A stretch of DNA of 64,000 nucleotides from contig NW_024704743.1 of NCBI RefSeq assembly GCF_018977255.1, positions 8,558,001-8,622,000 of the forward strand. The letters run 5' to 3'. Shown here one piece after another: positions 1-12,592 of the stretch. This DNA is from Callorhinchus milii (lineage: Eukaryota). How positions within the stretch are numbered: position 1 is the stretch's first letter; each line of letters starts with the position of its first letter. The notes under the pieces were generated by a model. That model had not been told where the DNA came from, did no database searches, and saw nothing but the letters and a program-made list of their open reading frames with translations. Position numbers and translations under genes: made by a program.

Positions 1-51
1 ATATACTGTAAAGTGATTTGACTGTGTATTTTTGTGGGTGAAAATGGGCTT

Positions 52-77
<26 letters not shown>
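52..77. repeat. (TA)n microsatellite
   Basis: Direct tandem TA run. Confidence 0.95.
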
Positions 78-82
<5 letters not shown>

Positions 83-650
83 TTTACCTTAATGTGAGTC
101 ATTGCGTTCAAGGGAAGGAAACAGTTATAAAAAATCTTTTAAAAACATGGTAAGAAGCAGCTGTCTCTCCATGCACATGCACCGCTATTACGTATTCAGG
201 TACAGTATTTGTTTACCATTTGTCAATAAGTGGTTCACAAACACCTTTCTATTGCCTAAATGATTGATAAGCACCACTTAGTTAAAATTAAAGCCGAACA
301 CTTCAGTGCTTCTCTTATGCTGGCAACCCCTTACGGTACATTGATTTATGGATGAGAATGGGTTATCAGTTGTGGAATATTGTTCCATACTACATTAGGT
401 ATACACTGCACTTTCATCCCAAATCCTCTGCAGTTAGCCACAATTCTCCACAGATTCCCTGTGTTCTGTCTTATTCCATCACCTGATTGCACAGAAATAA
501 AACAAAATGGACCACATTTCTGCATAATTTGATGAAATCAAGATGGAGGATTTCTGGTCACCTTTTTAAAATTTGATTTGAATTTTGATTTTTTTGATTG
601 CAATGAAAATTCATTAAAAAAACATCAACAGCCAACAAAAGGAAATGAAA

Positions 651-745
651 TACAGTGGCGCTCCATTATATGATGGTATTGAGAGTCCATAAAATCTCAA
701 CCCACCTTATAACAGGGCCGAGATATCCAGTCTGGACTGCCTTCC
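651..745 (+). mobile_element. Tc1/mariner (Tigger/pogo-like) MITE end fragment
   Basis: Starts TA-CAGTGGCGCTCCATTATA, resembling the TA|CAGTGGAACCTC..TTATAA terminal inverted repeats of Tigger-like elements. Confidence 0.45.
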
Positions 746-748
746 AAA

Positions 749-1800
749 TTTTTTTGGTCAGCTGGGTGTCTGACTGATCACCGTGCTTAAGAGCATCCAA
801 ACCAAACAGAGTTCCATGCATCCCATCTACACATGGAGATTCCAGAGATAGATTGTTGGAATGGGATGCGTATTCTCTCCCTGGAGGAATGCATCCTGCT
901 TACCGAATTCCGGAAAGTATTAGGCACAGGTTGGCATGAGCCAAGGCTTAGGGCCTCTGGAGTGTGCATTGGGGCACTGCTGGACCCAGGATAGTGGAAG
1001 GCAAACTGGATGGTCTTCTTTTGCCTAACAAATTCATATGTTCTTAGGATATCTCACCAGCTAAAACTACATAGCAGCAAGCTATCCTGCTGCTTTTCCA
1101 ACTGGAACCACCTTACCCTAATGGCTTTGGCTTGCAGGGTTGCTGAGTAGGAAGACTCTCTGCCTCCAGTGACTGGTCTGCTCTTCTAAATCCTGCTGAT
1201 GAGCCAGGCTAGGTGTGCTGTCATCAGCACTGCCCTGGAGTACCCACCTGGCTCATGAACTGGATAACCAAGACCGCCACAGATGGTGGCCTCGATTCTG
1301 ACATTCCGTTACCAAATATGTCACCTTGGAACTGTTCAGCTCCAAGGAGCTGACTTCCCTCCACCCAAGAAGAATCGTTATTAGTTGGTCCTTTAGAATC
1401 TGACAAACAGGGATTTGAGACCTCACCAGGTGCATGGCAGGTACCAGGAACTCCGTGCGAGCTTCCTGGTTGACTACACAGCTCAGCATGAAAAGCGTGA
1501 GAACATTGCCACTATCTTCCTACTCACAGCTCAGTCATATGTCCCTTCCCATTGAGCGATGGTTCCATCAGTTGGAAATGTGAAGCTTAAAGCAGCAGCT
1601 GCTTACCTCTCTGCATACCAATCAAGTTGGATTCCAAGCCCTGGATGTACAAACTTGTGTTCACCAACTCAGACTCCAGGTAACGCCTTCCAGCACCTGT
1701 CAACCTAAGCCTTAAAGTTACCTCATCAGCTATTTGGCAGACATCTGCCTTCAGTCTGGTTGGAGGTCCTTTACACATCAAACATGGACAAACATCATGA
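749..1800 (-). mobile_element. Unassigned retroposed 'family X', longest copy (structured 3' region, possibly with a degenerate ORF end)
   Basis: Poly(T) at 749-755 followed by GGTCAGC..GTGTCTGAC..CTTAAGAG(C/T)ATCCAAACC, shared with copies at 17262, 29224, 46354, 47182, 49772 and 58125-58978. Extent beyond about 1400 is uncertain. Confidence 0.7.
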
Positions 1801-2435
1801 ACTGATGACTAATTTTATGTGGGGAGCTCGGTTCAACAAGTCTTCCAAACGATGGCACCTCCCGATAATGTAGCACTCCACCAATACTATATTGGGAGTG
1901 TCAACAAGAGTTCAAATTCCTGGTGTGATGCCTTTCCACCTGAGTCAGGCTGACACTGGTTCCACTGGTTTAATAGATCTTGGCAAATCTATTAATCTCA
2001 ATGTCCTGCCATTTTGCCATAACCCGCAGTATCTCTACTATGCAAGCCTCTGTCTATTTTCTTCTTTAAACATACAAATTGATTCCGCCTCTACAGCTTT
2101 CCTGGGCAGAGCATTCCACATCTTTTGTGTGTCAAGAAATGCTTCTGGACCTCAGTTCTCAGTCTGATTTTAATTCTGATTTTATGGCTATTCTCCCTTT
2201 TTTGTTGGTGGGGGCGTGACATTCATGCAAAACAAACAACTACATTTCCAGGAGATTATGGAGTTCCAACTCACTCTTGGACTTCATTATGTAATCTGAA
2301 CTGCTTTGAGTGAAATGCACAGAATCAACTTCCTGCTCTTTTCCTGGACTCCGAAATACTGCCTCACATGAAGGCTGCGATAAAAATGCAAATTGTGGTT
2401 GTTCCCTTTTATATTCTTCCTCTTCAACAACAGGT

Positions 2436-2838
2436 GTCACCCTGGCTCAGTTGGTAGCACTCTCACCTCTAAGCCAGAAGATTGTGGGTTCCAGTCCCAT
2501 ATCAGGTCTTGAATGCACATTGTCTAGGCTGACAGTGGCATTGTTAGTTAGAGGTCCCGTCCTTCGGATTAGATGAGAAACCAAGGCCCCATCTCTCTTT
2601 CAAGTGGATGTTAAAGATCCTGTGGCACTATTTGAAAAGAGAAGGAAGTTTCTCCCAGTGTCCTGCCCAACAAGACCCCAGATAAAATCAGTCATTCAGG
2701 GTGCTCTGTAGGACACTGTTGTGCACATACTGGCGGCTGCATTTCACATACAAAATAATAATATAATTAACAGTAAATCCTGTGAAGCTCTTTGAGACGT
2801 CTTCTAATGTGAAATCAAATGCAAGAATTAGTATTATT
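2436..2838 (+). mobile_element. Deu-domain tRNA-headed SINE (SacSINE1/AmnSINE-like)
   Basis: Head CTGGCTCAGTTGGTAGCACTCTC..GGGTTCCAGTCC; Deu-like GTCCTTCGGATTAGATG..AAAGATCCTGTGGCACTATTTG; L2-type tail. Confidence 0.8.
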
Positions 2839-3069
2839 GACCAAAGGCTTCAACTTACATTCAAAAGTAGTCATTGGCTACTTTTGCATATAAGTGGAAA
2901 CTTACTCACCTACTGAGACGTTAGTTCATAAGTTGAAAGAGAAACTTGGAAACATTAGCACACTGTGGCTGTTGAGTTAGAACAAGTGATAGTTTGCCTG
3001 ATTCACTTCAGTGAACATCTGAGTGACAGGTTCCTCACTCAATGCATCAGTATTTTCACTGGGACATAG

Positions 3070-3190
3070 AAGGTTAAGACGGGATCTTATTTGAGGCTTT
3101 CAAAATTCTGAAAAGCTTTGAGAGGCTAAAAAGTGAAAGACTAGTCCCGCTGATTGGTAAATGAGTAACAAGGGGGCATAACCTCAGATT
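3070..3190 (+). mobile_element. CR1 LINE ORF2 C-terminal fragment
   Basis: Decayed RRLRGDLIE(A)FKIL motif and 'acaagggggcataacct' (TRGH). The CR1 tail resumes at about 3600-3830, after the SINE. Confidence 0.65.
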
Positions 3191-3196
3191 ACTTGT

Positions 3197-3567
3197 GCAG
3201 TCCTGTAGCTCAGCGGTTAGAGCGCTCGCTTCGCAAGCGAGAGACCTGGGTCTAATTCCTGGCAGGGCAAAACTCTGAGCAAGTTTCCTTACTCCAAACA
3301 CCTCTGCAGTACCTAGCAGTAAGTAAGAACTTGTTTGTTAGTCGATTGGCTAATTACTCTTCCGGGGGTAATAATTCCTTAAAAAAATATATTAAATTGG
3401 TCACTTCAATCCACGACTGTTTGTGGGACACTGCTGTGTGCAATTGGCTGCTGCATTTCACCCACAAAATATAGTCAATTGACTTTACAATATATTCTGT
3501 GAAGTGCTTTGAGACGTCTCAAAGACGTGATAAGGCGCTATATCAAATGCAAGGATTATTATTATTA
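3197..3567 (+). mobile_element. tRNA-Ala-like SINE, long form
   Basis: A box TAGCTCAGCGG, anticodon-like arm CGCTTCGCAAGCG, B-box-like GGTCTAATTCC, central GAGCAAGTTTCCTTACTCC..CCTAGCAGTAAG, tail GAGACGTCTCAAAGACGTGATAAGGCGCTATATCAAATGCAAGG(ATT)n. Confidence 0.85.
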
Positions 3568-4825
3568 GAAGAAGAATTTAGGGGGAGGTTACAAGATTTT
3601 TTTTTAAAAAATTGCACACGCTGAAGGTTATTAGAACGTGAAATGCTTTGCAACAAGCGGCTGTTAAACCTGAATCCGCAAGACCGTTCTAAAGGGAATT
3701 GGATAAGGATTTGAAGAGGAACAATCCAAAAAGGTATGGAGAACAAGGAGGAAATTGGAATTAGTGCAGAGAACTCCATTTGAGAAGCCAGAACAAGTAT
3801 AACCTTAATGGGCCAAAGCATTCCCTTTATGCTATATTTCTTAGACTATAGCAGAAAGACATCAAATTACAGTACATCTTATTTGCGTGTGGTACCAAGA
3901 AAATAAATCATAATATATTTGCATTTGAAACATCCCATATACTTCACAAAATTTGTGCACTTGCCACAACTTTTAATCCTATTTTCCCAATTTTTCTTCA
4001 TATCCCTGAAATAATAATGGTTGCCTTTCATATCTGAAGATGGCCGTTCAAACAATGTGAACATCTGAATGTGTGAATTTGTGTACAGTGTAGAAGCTGC
4101 TGCCTGCACAGCAACCACACTCTTAGGCAAGCAGCGTGACCTGGTGTTGAAGAGTATCCGAGAAGACCAGACCACTTGCTGACCGCACTGGCAGAAACCA
4201 TATCCCCGAATACCCTTCCAATGAAGGGCTTAGCAAGTAGTGCTGATCTGAACAATCACAACTGATAATGTGCTGGACAGAATGTTTGTTCCTTACTCTT
4301 GAGATCTTAAAGTAAACTATGATGTGGGGTGGCCAACTGCATTTAATTATGAGGTAGAACAAAAAAATTGGGATACTGGACATTAATGTCAAATATATAG
4401 TACCCAATCCCAAAGAACTGTTTACAAAAGAGAAATAAAACAAGTTGAGGGAGGGAAGGGATTGAAGAATTGCAAATTTTACAAGAAGGGTGGGCTTTGA
4501 TAGCAGCCTGCTTCTGAAATAAATCCATTGTTAATGAGTACGAGTCACAAACTTCATTGAATAATAAATGAATTGATGCTGGGTGAAGTATCTCTTGCCC
4601 AGAGTTATAAATCTGAAGCTGCCCTTCTACCAAGGCATCAAAGCACTCATGGAGCAGAAGATAACACATCAGCAAATCTGCAGGGTAAAGCATCAGCAGG
4701 TTTGTTTCACATAGAAAATATAGTGCATGGAAACGGGTCTTTCAGCCCAAGTAGTCCATAATAATAATAACGCAGCATCCACTTGAGGCATCCCACAGAT
4801 AGTCTTGGACTGAGTGACCAAACTA

Positions 4826-5021
4826 TTATTTATTTATTGAAGGGATTATTACCCCCAGAAAGCAATCTGCCAATCGACTAACAACCGGATTCCTACTTAC
4901 TGCAGGTAAACAGAGACATGTGGAGTGAGGAAACATGCCCAACGTTTTGTCCTGTCCAGGCATCGAACCCAGGTCCTCTCGCTTGCCAGGCAAGTGCTCT
5001 AACCAATATGCTACAGGACTC
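4826..5021 (-). mobile_element. tRNA-Ala-like SINE, 5' half
   Basis: Reverse complement of the head and centre of the 3197 family. Confidence 0.8.
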
Positions 5022-5029
5022 ACCCATAA

Positions 5030-5280
5030 TCGATGTTTATACTCTATAGAAGCCTCAACCCTTCCTATTCCTTTCTCCCTCATGTACACATCAAGAGTTT
5101 AATGATTTGATGTTCTTGCTTCAAACCAGGAGTGAGTTCCACATACTCACCAATACCCTTTTTGTGAAGAAGTTCCTTCTACTCGCCTTATTAAATCTGA
5201 TACTGACCAACTTGTATTTATGCCCCCTTGTTTTGGACTCACGAACAAGTAGAAACAGCCTATCAATATTCAGCCTATCT
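5030..5280 (-). mobile_element. CR1 LINE 3' fragment
   Basis: Minus strand reads SKTRGHKYK..RRNFFTKR.V.MWNSL, the typical CR1 ORF2 end. Confidence 0.7.
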
Positions 5281-5744
5281 ATACATGTCGGTACACATAC
5301 ACAAACATAACTATAATATACATTTTATCAATATGCTTTGTACCAGCTCACGGTAGAGCAGAAGACATGATGTGGCTTCCCAAGCACAGTTTTTCAGTTC
5401 TGTGAGCAGTCATGAAATTCCTGCATAGGTCAAGTCAGTGCTTGGAAATGCATCATTCGTAGTATAAGGAGTTCTACAAAAGCATTATACCTTTCATAGA
5501 AGAGCATCAAACTCGGCTATTAGGATTGACGACTAGCCTCTACCATTCAAAATACTAAAAGGCAAATGGCATTTCAAATGCGACTGAACAAATAAAATTC
5601 TTACTTTTTATGCAGTGCAGTAAAGGGTGGCAAGGAAACAAGCAGACATAATTTTACTGAGCAAAGTGGAATACGAAAGAATGTAGTCACAAATGATATT
5701 CATGAGGAAAGTTTTTCTACTTTGCACAGAAAGGTGGGAGAGTC

Positions 5745-6153
5745 AGTCAGTCTGGATCAGTCAGTAGCACTCTTGCCTCTGAGTCACAAGGTTTGGGTTC
5801 AAGTCCCACATTGGGACTTTGAATTCACGGTCTATGTTGGCACTTCAATTCAGTTCTGGGGGGTGGAAGCAACATTGCTATCTTTCAAATGAGACATTGA
5901 ACCAAGATCCTGCCTGCCTGTTCAGATGGGCGTTAAAGATCCCACAGTACTATTCAAAAAGAGAAGGCAGTTTTTCCGCGTGCCCTGGCCCACCAGATAC
6001 AAAAATGTTCATTCACTTCATGTTTACGGGACATTGCTGCAGGCAAATTGGCTGCCAGGTTCACTTGGATTCTTGAATCACCATTGCAGTTCATTGTTAA
6101 AAAAACCTTGTGAAGTTCTTGAAGACATCTCAATTACATAATCAAATGCAAGT
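5745..6153 (+). mobile_element. Deu-domain SINE
   Basis: Same head, Deu core and tail as the 2436 copy. Confidence 0.8.
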
Positions 6154-7397
6154 ATCAAAGTATCAAATGCAAAAATTATTATGGGGGGAGCAACATTATT
6201 TAATGTTCAGGACTGCAAAAGGCTATCTATCAGGATCCTTCTGACCAGTTCCAAAGTTAAAAAAGTTAACACACTGTTCCTTTTCTCATAATCCTCAATA
6301 GATTTCTTCGGCACATAACAATCTAATTTCCTCTTGAATTTGATCACATTGCCAAGTTTAGTCGTTTTCTTCAGGATTAAATTGGACAGTTCTTTAAATT
6401 TGTCACAAACTGTGCTCTACTTTAAACTGCAATGAATACTTTGAATTCCACATCCTCATCTATAAAGCCCCTCATGCCCTTGGTCCTGCCCATCTCTGAC
6501 CTTATCCAATCCCATTCCTCTGCTAGCCCCTACCACTTGGCTAACACTCTCTGTGCCGCTAATGGTAACTGAGCCTTAACCATCACTTTGAGACCTTACA
6601 CTGCGTGAAGGGCGCTATATAAATGCAAGTTGTTGTTGATTCATAATCTCCTCAAAGTAGTTTCAGAAAGCGATATTGCACAAAACAGGCAGATCTATCT
6701 GATTTAGAGGCCCAACATTCTGGGACAGACTTTCCATGGAGGTACAGTACTTACTCTCTGCAATAATGTTCCTGTTTAAGAAGAACTATTATACAGCAGC
6801 AGTAAATCATTATGCAATTAAAATATGATACAATTAAAGCACAATGAAATTTGTAATCTGGGTAAAATAAGTGTTGGTCTTTATTCCACTAAATGTAGTA
6901 CGGTTTTTGTGTAAATAGGAAAACAGGCAATGTAAAGGGAAGTACATTCCAATAAATTGCCTCCTACCCTTAAATGCTGCTCATTTAGAGACTATACAGA
7001 ATTGCTAGTCAGAGGCAGCTTGACTGCAAATATGTTTTCTTGAACATGGTAAAAACACATCATGGACAGGAGGCATGATGGCATGCTGATGGCGCCAGAG
7101 AGCGCATCCTGCTTACCTAATTCTGGAGATTGTTAGGCACAGATCGGGAGAAGAGCTAAGGGGACCCCAGAGTCAGGGTACTGCTGGAGTTTAACTCACT
7201 AATATGTTTTCTCCTAAGGACACAATGCCCAGGATCTGAGTGAGATGGCATGCTGATTGCCAGTATGAGTTTTTTTCTTTAACATGTTTGATACTGGGGG
7301 GTACATTCTCTGGGCCTAATCAATACCTTAGCCAAGGACATTCGCATGAGAAACTGCTTTTAATGAAAAGGTTGTTTGTTTACTACTCATTCCCACC

Positions 7398-7652
7398 CAC
7401 CTAGCAGTTGTTAGTCGATTAGCGGATTGCTTTTGGGGTAATAATTCCTGGGGTATTAATTCCTTTTTTTAAAAAAATGATAATAAATTGATCACTTCAA
7501 CCCATGATTGTTTCTGGGACACTACCATGCGCAATTGGCTGCCACATTTTACCCATAAAATATACAGTCCATTCACTTTACAGTATATTCTGTGAAGCAC
7601 TTTGAGACGTCTCGAAGACATGATAAGGAGCTATATCAATGCAAGGCTTATT
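7398..7652 (+). mobile_element. tRNA-Ala-like SINE, 5'-truncated
   Basis: Centre and tail match the 3197 copy. Confidence 0.8.
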
Positions 7653-7954
7653 ATCCAGCTATTATCTGGAAAATCCACGCCTGCCCAGCTCACTAATGAT
7701 ATTTTAACCAATCGAGCCTGCACTGAACGGTTATAAACTGCACAAATATTTGTGCCAGAAAAATCATGAACAGAAAAAAGTGAATTGTACCCAAAACAGA
7801 ATTGGAGAGAAGGGAAGGCGAAGCAAACACATTTAAAAGATTTCATTTACAATTTTCTCTAGGGTCATCACAAAAACAACAACTTGCATTTATATAAGTG
7901 CCCTTCACGTAGGATATTGTCTCAGAGTTCTTCGAAAAGATAAAGTCAAACAAA

Positions 7955-8305
7955 ATAATAATAGTTACATTTGATCTAGTGCCTTTCATGTCATCGAGAC
8001 ATCTCAAAGCACTTCACAGGATTTACTGTAAAGTGGATTGATTGTGTATTTTGTGAGTGGCCAGGACACCAGTGGAATCTCTCTTCTCTTTTCAAAAATT
8101 ATCGTGAGATCTTCAACTTCCACCTGAACAGGCAGACAGACCTCGGTTTTAACGTCTCATCTGAACAATGACACCTCTGTCAATGCATCATCCACCCAAG
8201 CACTGCATTGGAGTGTCAACTTAGACTATGTGAATCCAAGTCCTGATGTGGGGCTTGAACCCACAGCCTTCTGACTCAGAGGCGAGAGTGCTACCACTGA
8301 GCCAG
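7955..8305 (-). mobile_element. Deu-domain SINE
   Basis: CCACCTGAACAGGCAGAC..TTAACGTCTCATCTGAA..CTTGAACCCACAGCCTTCTGACTCAGAGGCGAGAGTGCTACC. Confidence 0.8.
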
Positions 8306-10864
8306 AACAAGAGAGTACACAACCGTGACCAAAAAGGTATGTTTTAGGCAAGATTTAAAGTTAGAGAGGGGATGAGACAAATGGTTAACGGAGGGCATTT
8401 CTGAGGGGCAAAGCACTTTATTACAGCAATAAAACTGTTCCTAACATATGAATACCTTTATCACTATGCTGTGTTTGTTTCAACTCCACACTGTGTGAGA
8501 TGAAAATGTACAACCAAATAGTTGTCCCCAGGGAAGTGGAAATGCCTGAACCTGTCGATAGCCCAAGGCTGCCTGCACCAAACACTACAAAAGATAAAAT
8601 AAGGTAGCTAGGATTATGGGCGCCAAAGTGTACATTGAGGTGATTTGAGTAAAGTGCATTCTTTTTAATATCTAAATACAGAAATCAACTGCAAATGATT
8701 TTTTAATAATGTTTTTGCTCAGTTCACTTAGTTTAAAAAAATTTCATTGGGATTTGGGGGCTAATGTCTGGCAGCAACAAACACTTCGAAATAATCATTT
8801 AAATTATGGGCAGCGATTACTGTTTCCATGTGATTAATCCAAAGTTACGGGTCACGTACCAATAAACTCTTGGATGATGAGCATGCAATCAGTTGTAGTA
8901 CAGTACTTGGCGTGGCCAATTTATTTCCAAATGCCTGCAGGGGTTTTCATATGAACTGCTATGCATTCAGTACCCTAATGTTTTACTATAAGATTGTTGC
9001 GCAACATTTTGAAGTGCAACCAATTAAGGGTGTCGTGGTCCAATTTGTCTAAACCTACATTATGTCTAATAAGATGCAGGAAAAGCAAGGGCATTAAAAT
9101 TGATGTTACACAAAACCATTGTTTGTCCAACGCAGTCTTCTCTGACCTATTCTGACGGCGCGGGTCAGACCATTCTTTCTGCCCATTGTGCGGAAAATAA
9201 AGAAGTTGCACAAAACATAAGCCACTTGCTTCCATGTGCTTGCCTCTATCTGAGCCACCAGAATGGCCTGGTTTCAGGGAGTTTTACATGACAAACCAAC
9301 AACATTGCTCAGAAAGCAGAAAGACTGACTCAAATAGTGCAGGGATTTAAATATCTCACTCATGGTTCTCTTTTCAGCAGCTCTTCTGGAAACTCCCTAG
9401 GATTTTAATGTCAGGCTTTCTGGTTTGCAAATGAACCACCTGAACCAAAGTAAATTTCAGGCCGCATTAGTGATTTATTGAAGAAAAGGTCTTCTTTAAC
9501 AATTACTGCAGTGCCAAAAGCAATCTGCATGCATTTTTAATGTTTGTGGTCTTCTCTTTAAGGCTAATGCTCAGCCATAATGGATGTGTTTTCAAAATAT
9601 TCTCTCTCTGAATGTAATTCTTTTCTTTGTGCTTGGAACCTCTTACTGCCATGATGTTAACCAAGTAAAACAGAGGCAGGAGGTTTAAAAAAGGTCTCAC
9701 TGTCCAAACTTCCTGTCCTCATCTGGAGACTTCGCTTAGTGTGACTCTATAATCATGTGATGCTGGGTATCAGTACATTTTTTTAAAAAAAGGAGAACTA
9801 ATAATCCTAGGAGACCTTTCAAAAGCCATCAGAAACACTGCCTGGGTTCTGGGCTATTAGGGACCACAAGATCATCATGAGGACAACCACAAAAGTTAGT
9901 GATATGCTTAATAATATATAAATATAAGAATCCTAGCATTTAATATAGCAGCTTATCGCATCAAAACCTCTCAAAGTATTTCATAGGCCTCCTGTAAAAT
10001 GTAGTGACTGTATTTATAGGCAAATATGACAGCCAATTTGCCATACAAGTGAATGCCCCACAAGTGAATGACCTTTTTTTAAAAATACAAAAAAAGTGCG
10101 GGGTGGGTGGGCTGTTGGCCAGGGCACCAGGATAAACTCCCTTCCCTTTGAGTAGTGTCACGGAATCTTTAACGTCCACCTGAACAAGAAGACGGGATCA
10201 ACATCTCATTTGATGTTATGGGTGTGAATAGCCTTGTGTGGAGAACTAGGGTTGCACAGTTGAATCTTTTTGAAGGTGTAGTGTGCAGGACCATTTTGTA
10301 TAATCTATATTCTATCAAGCGTTTTTTGAGGAATAGCTTTAGTTTTAATGAGAAAAATAACCAAATTTTTGAGGATGGCAAAACAGAGAATACAATCCTA
10401 TTTCCTGACTTACAGGAATTAAGTTAAAAAGAAAGTGTGTAATAAAACAAACATTCATCTCTGAATCCATCACTTGAATTTGAAGCTATTCCAATGCAGT
10501 TTGGATTTCTTCCTTGATATGAATTGTACTTGAGTATTCATGGATTGATGGCCATTTCGGTTTAATACCTTTCTAACATCAACAAACAATACCAACTTAC
10601 ATTTGTATAGCACCTTTCACATCGGGAGGACATCCCTAAATGCTGGATTATCAAGTGAACTTTCTAAGGAGCTTGACGTGGCAGTAACATTATCAGGCAA
10701 CAAATAAGAACATAAAGCATTTGGGAATGTGAACAACTTTCAGCCAACTGAAAAGGGATAAACGGGTTACGGTGCCATGTCAGTCATGGCATTTGCTCCA
10801 TTGTCCCAGCCACCAGCAGCCACTTCCAGTTGTTACATTACCTCATTCTTAGCAGATAAGGAGA

Positions 10865-11125
10865 TCCATAGTACAGGAACAGGAGGAGGCCATTCAGCCC
10901 CTTGAGCCTGTTCCGCCATTCTATTAGATAATGGCTGATCTATACCTCAACTCCATTTACCCTTTGCTCCGTATCCCTTGATATGCTTACCATCAAAAAT
11001 CTATCCACCTCAGTTTTGGAAATTTTAATTGATTGAGCATCCACAGCCTTTTGGGGGGGGGGGAGAGTTCTAGATTTCCACTACGTTTTGTGTGAAAAAA
11101 TGCTTCCTGATTTCACTCCAAAATG
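10865..11125 (-). mobile_element. CR1 LINE 3' end
   Basis: GGAGGCCATTCAGCCC.. CR1 3'-UTR stem-loop signature plus decayed ORF2 end. Confidence 0.7.
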
Positions 11126-12149
11126 GTAGAGTGGAAGATGGGGTGAGAAAGAAGAAATTTTACTGATGGTGTGGTCCAAGTGCTAGATAGTTTGGTCAGA
11201 TCGCCTTAGCCTTTGGGAGATATTAAAGTGGGTACATAAAGCTTATAACTGGAATAATCCTCCCTCAGATTGACAGTCTAGGATAATGAGTAATGCATTG
11301 CAATTGAATAACACAACATTATTAAACATCCATCTTGGGAACAACATTCTTTATGACTAACAGACTCTCCCATTCATCCCACCTTGTACTTTAGTTCCCT
11401 TCAACATAGGAACTCTGCTCAAAAGGCTTCAGAAATGGAGTAGGGGCCTTGAGCAGTGTGGAAGATGGGATGGGTGAAGAAAGGAAACTTACTGATGGTG
11501 TGGTCAAAGAGGTGGATTTTTTTTAGAAAGCACTGAGGTAGGGTGCAAGTTGGGGGAATTCAGGGAGACGGACGGAGTACGTTCTCCCCACGATTCAAAC
11601 TAAGTAATAATGGAATAATTGAAGCAACTGTTATCCGCAAATCCAATTCTACCAGCAGAATAGGCAGATTTCCCAATGCAGAGTATGGTCAGCGCACACT
11701 AACAACTTGGCTTTCCCAAGCTCGGTTCAGATCGATGTTAAAAAACCAATGGCACTATGTGAAAAGAGAAGTTTTTCCGGCTGTCTTGCTCAACAATTCC
11801 CCAAATAAAATTGCTCACTCACTTCCTGACTTTACAGTAAACCCAGTGAATCACATTGAGATGTCCACCCAACGTGAAATCAAGTGCAAGTACTGTATTT
11901 GCCACTCACAATAATAGTTAATCCTAATAAGTCAACACTTCCCAGTATGTTCAGAAGAAACAGCTGCTACAATAAAACAAGAAACCACTGTACTAAGTGG
12001 AATTGACCATATGTTATGATCGATGAAATAGTGATGCTACCACCTAGTAAAAAACTGAAATTCTACTGCTCAATCATACTTACAGTAGAAGCATTTTAGT
12101 GGGAATACCCAGTTGACAAGCCAGATACTAATTTGTCTAATAGTTCCAA

Positions 12150-12592
12150 GTAATAATAATCTTTGCATTTGATACAGCGCCTTATCACATTGTTGAGATA
12201 TCTCAAAGGGCTTCAGAGGATATACTGGATTGACTGTATTTTATGGGTAAAAAGCAGTAGCCACTTGTGCACAGCAATGTCCCACAAACAGCCATGGAGT
12301 GCGTGACCAATTTTATTTGAGGAATTATTGGCCAGGACACCAGGAGAAACTTCCTTCACTTTTTGAATAGTGCCATGGGATCTTTAACATCCACTTGGAC
12401 AGGTAGACAGGACCTCGGTTTAACATTTCATCCAAAATGCGGCACCTCTGACAAAGCAACACCCCCTACCCCACCCACCCAGCACTGTATTGGAGTGTCA
12501 GCTTAAGACGATGCGATTCCAAGTCCCAATACGAGGCTTGAACCCACAACCTTCTGACTCAGAGGCAAGAGTGCTAACACTAAGCCAGGTTA
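12150..12592 (-). mobile_element. Deu-domain SINE, near full length
   Basis: Tail, Deu core and tRNA head all present. Confidence 0.85.

Noticed and set aside
1196..1260. Hammerhead ribozyme at CTGATGAGCCAGG..CCTGGC (also about 29562)
   Set aside because: No GAAA follows the putative stem II; this is only a hairpin of family X.
3197..3270. tRNA-Ala gene (also similar heads at 30011, 35119, 51227 and 58735)
   Set aside because: Each head continues into a SINE body and tail, and the acceptor and T arms are degenerate.
11127..11510. Direct repeat of about 50 bp (11127 and 11455) as LTRs
   Set aside because: The copies are diverged, lack TG..CA ends and resemble old LINE 3' remnants.
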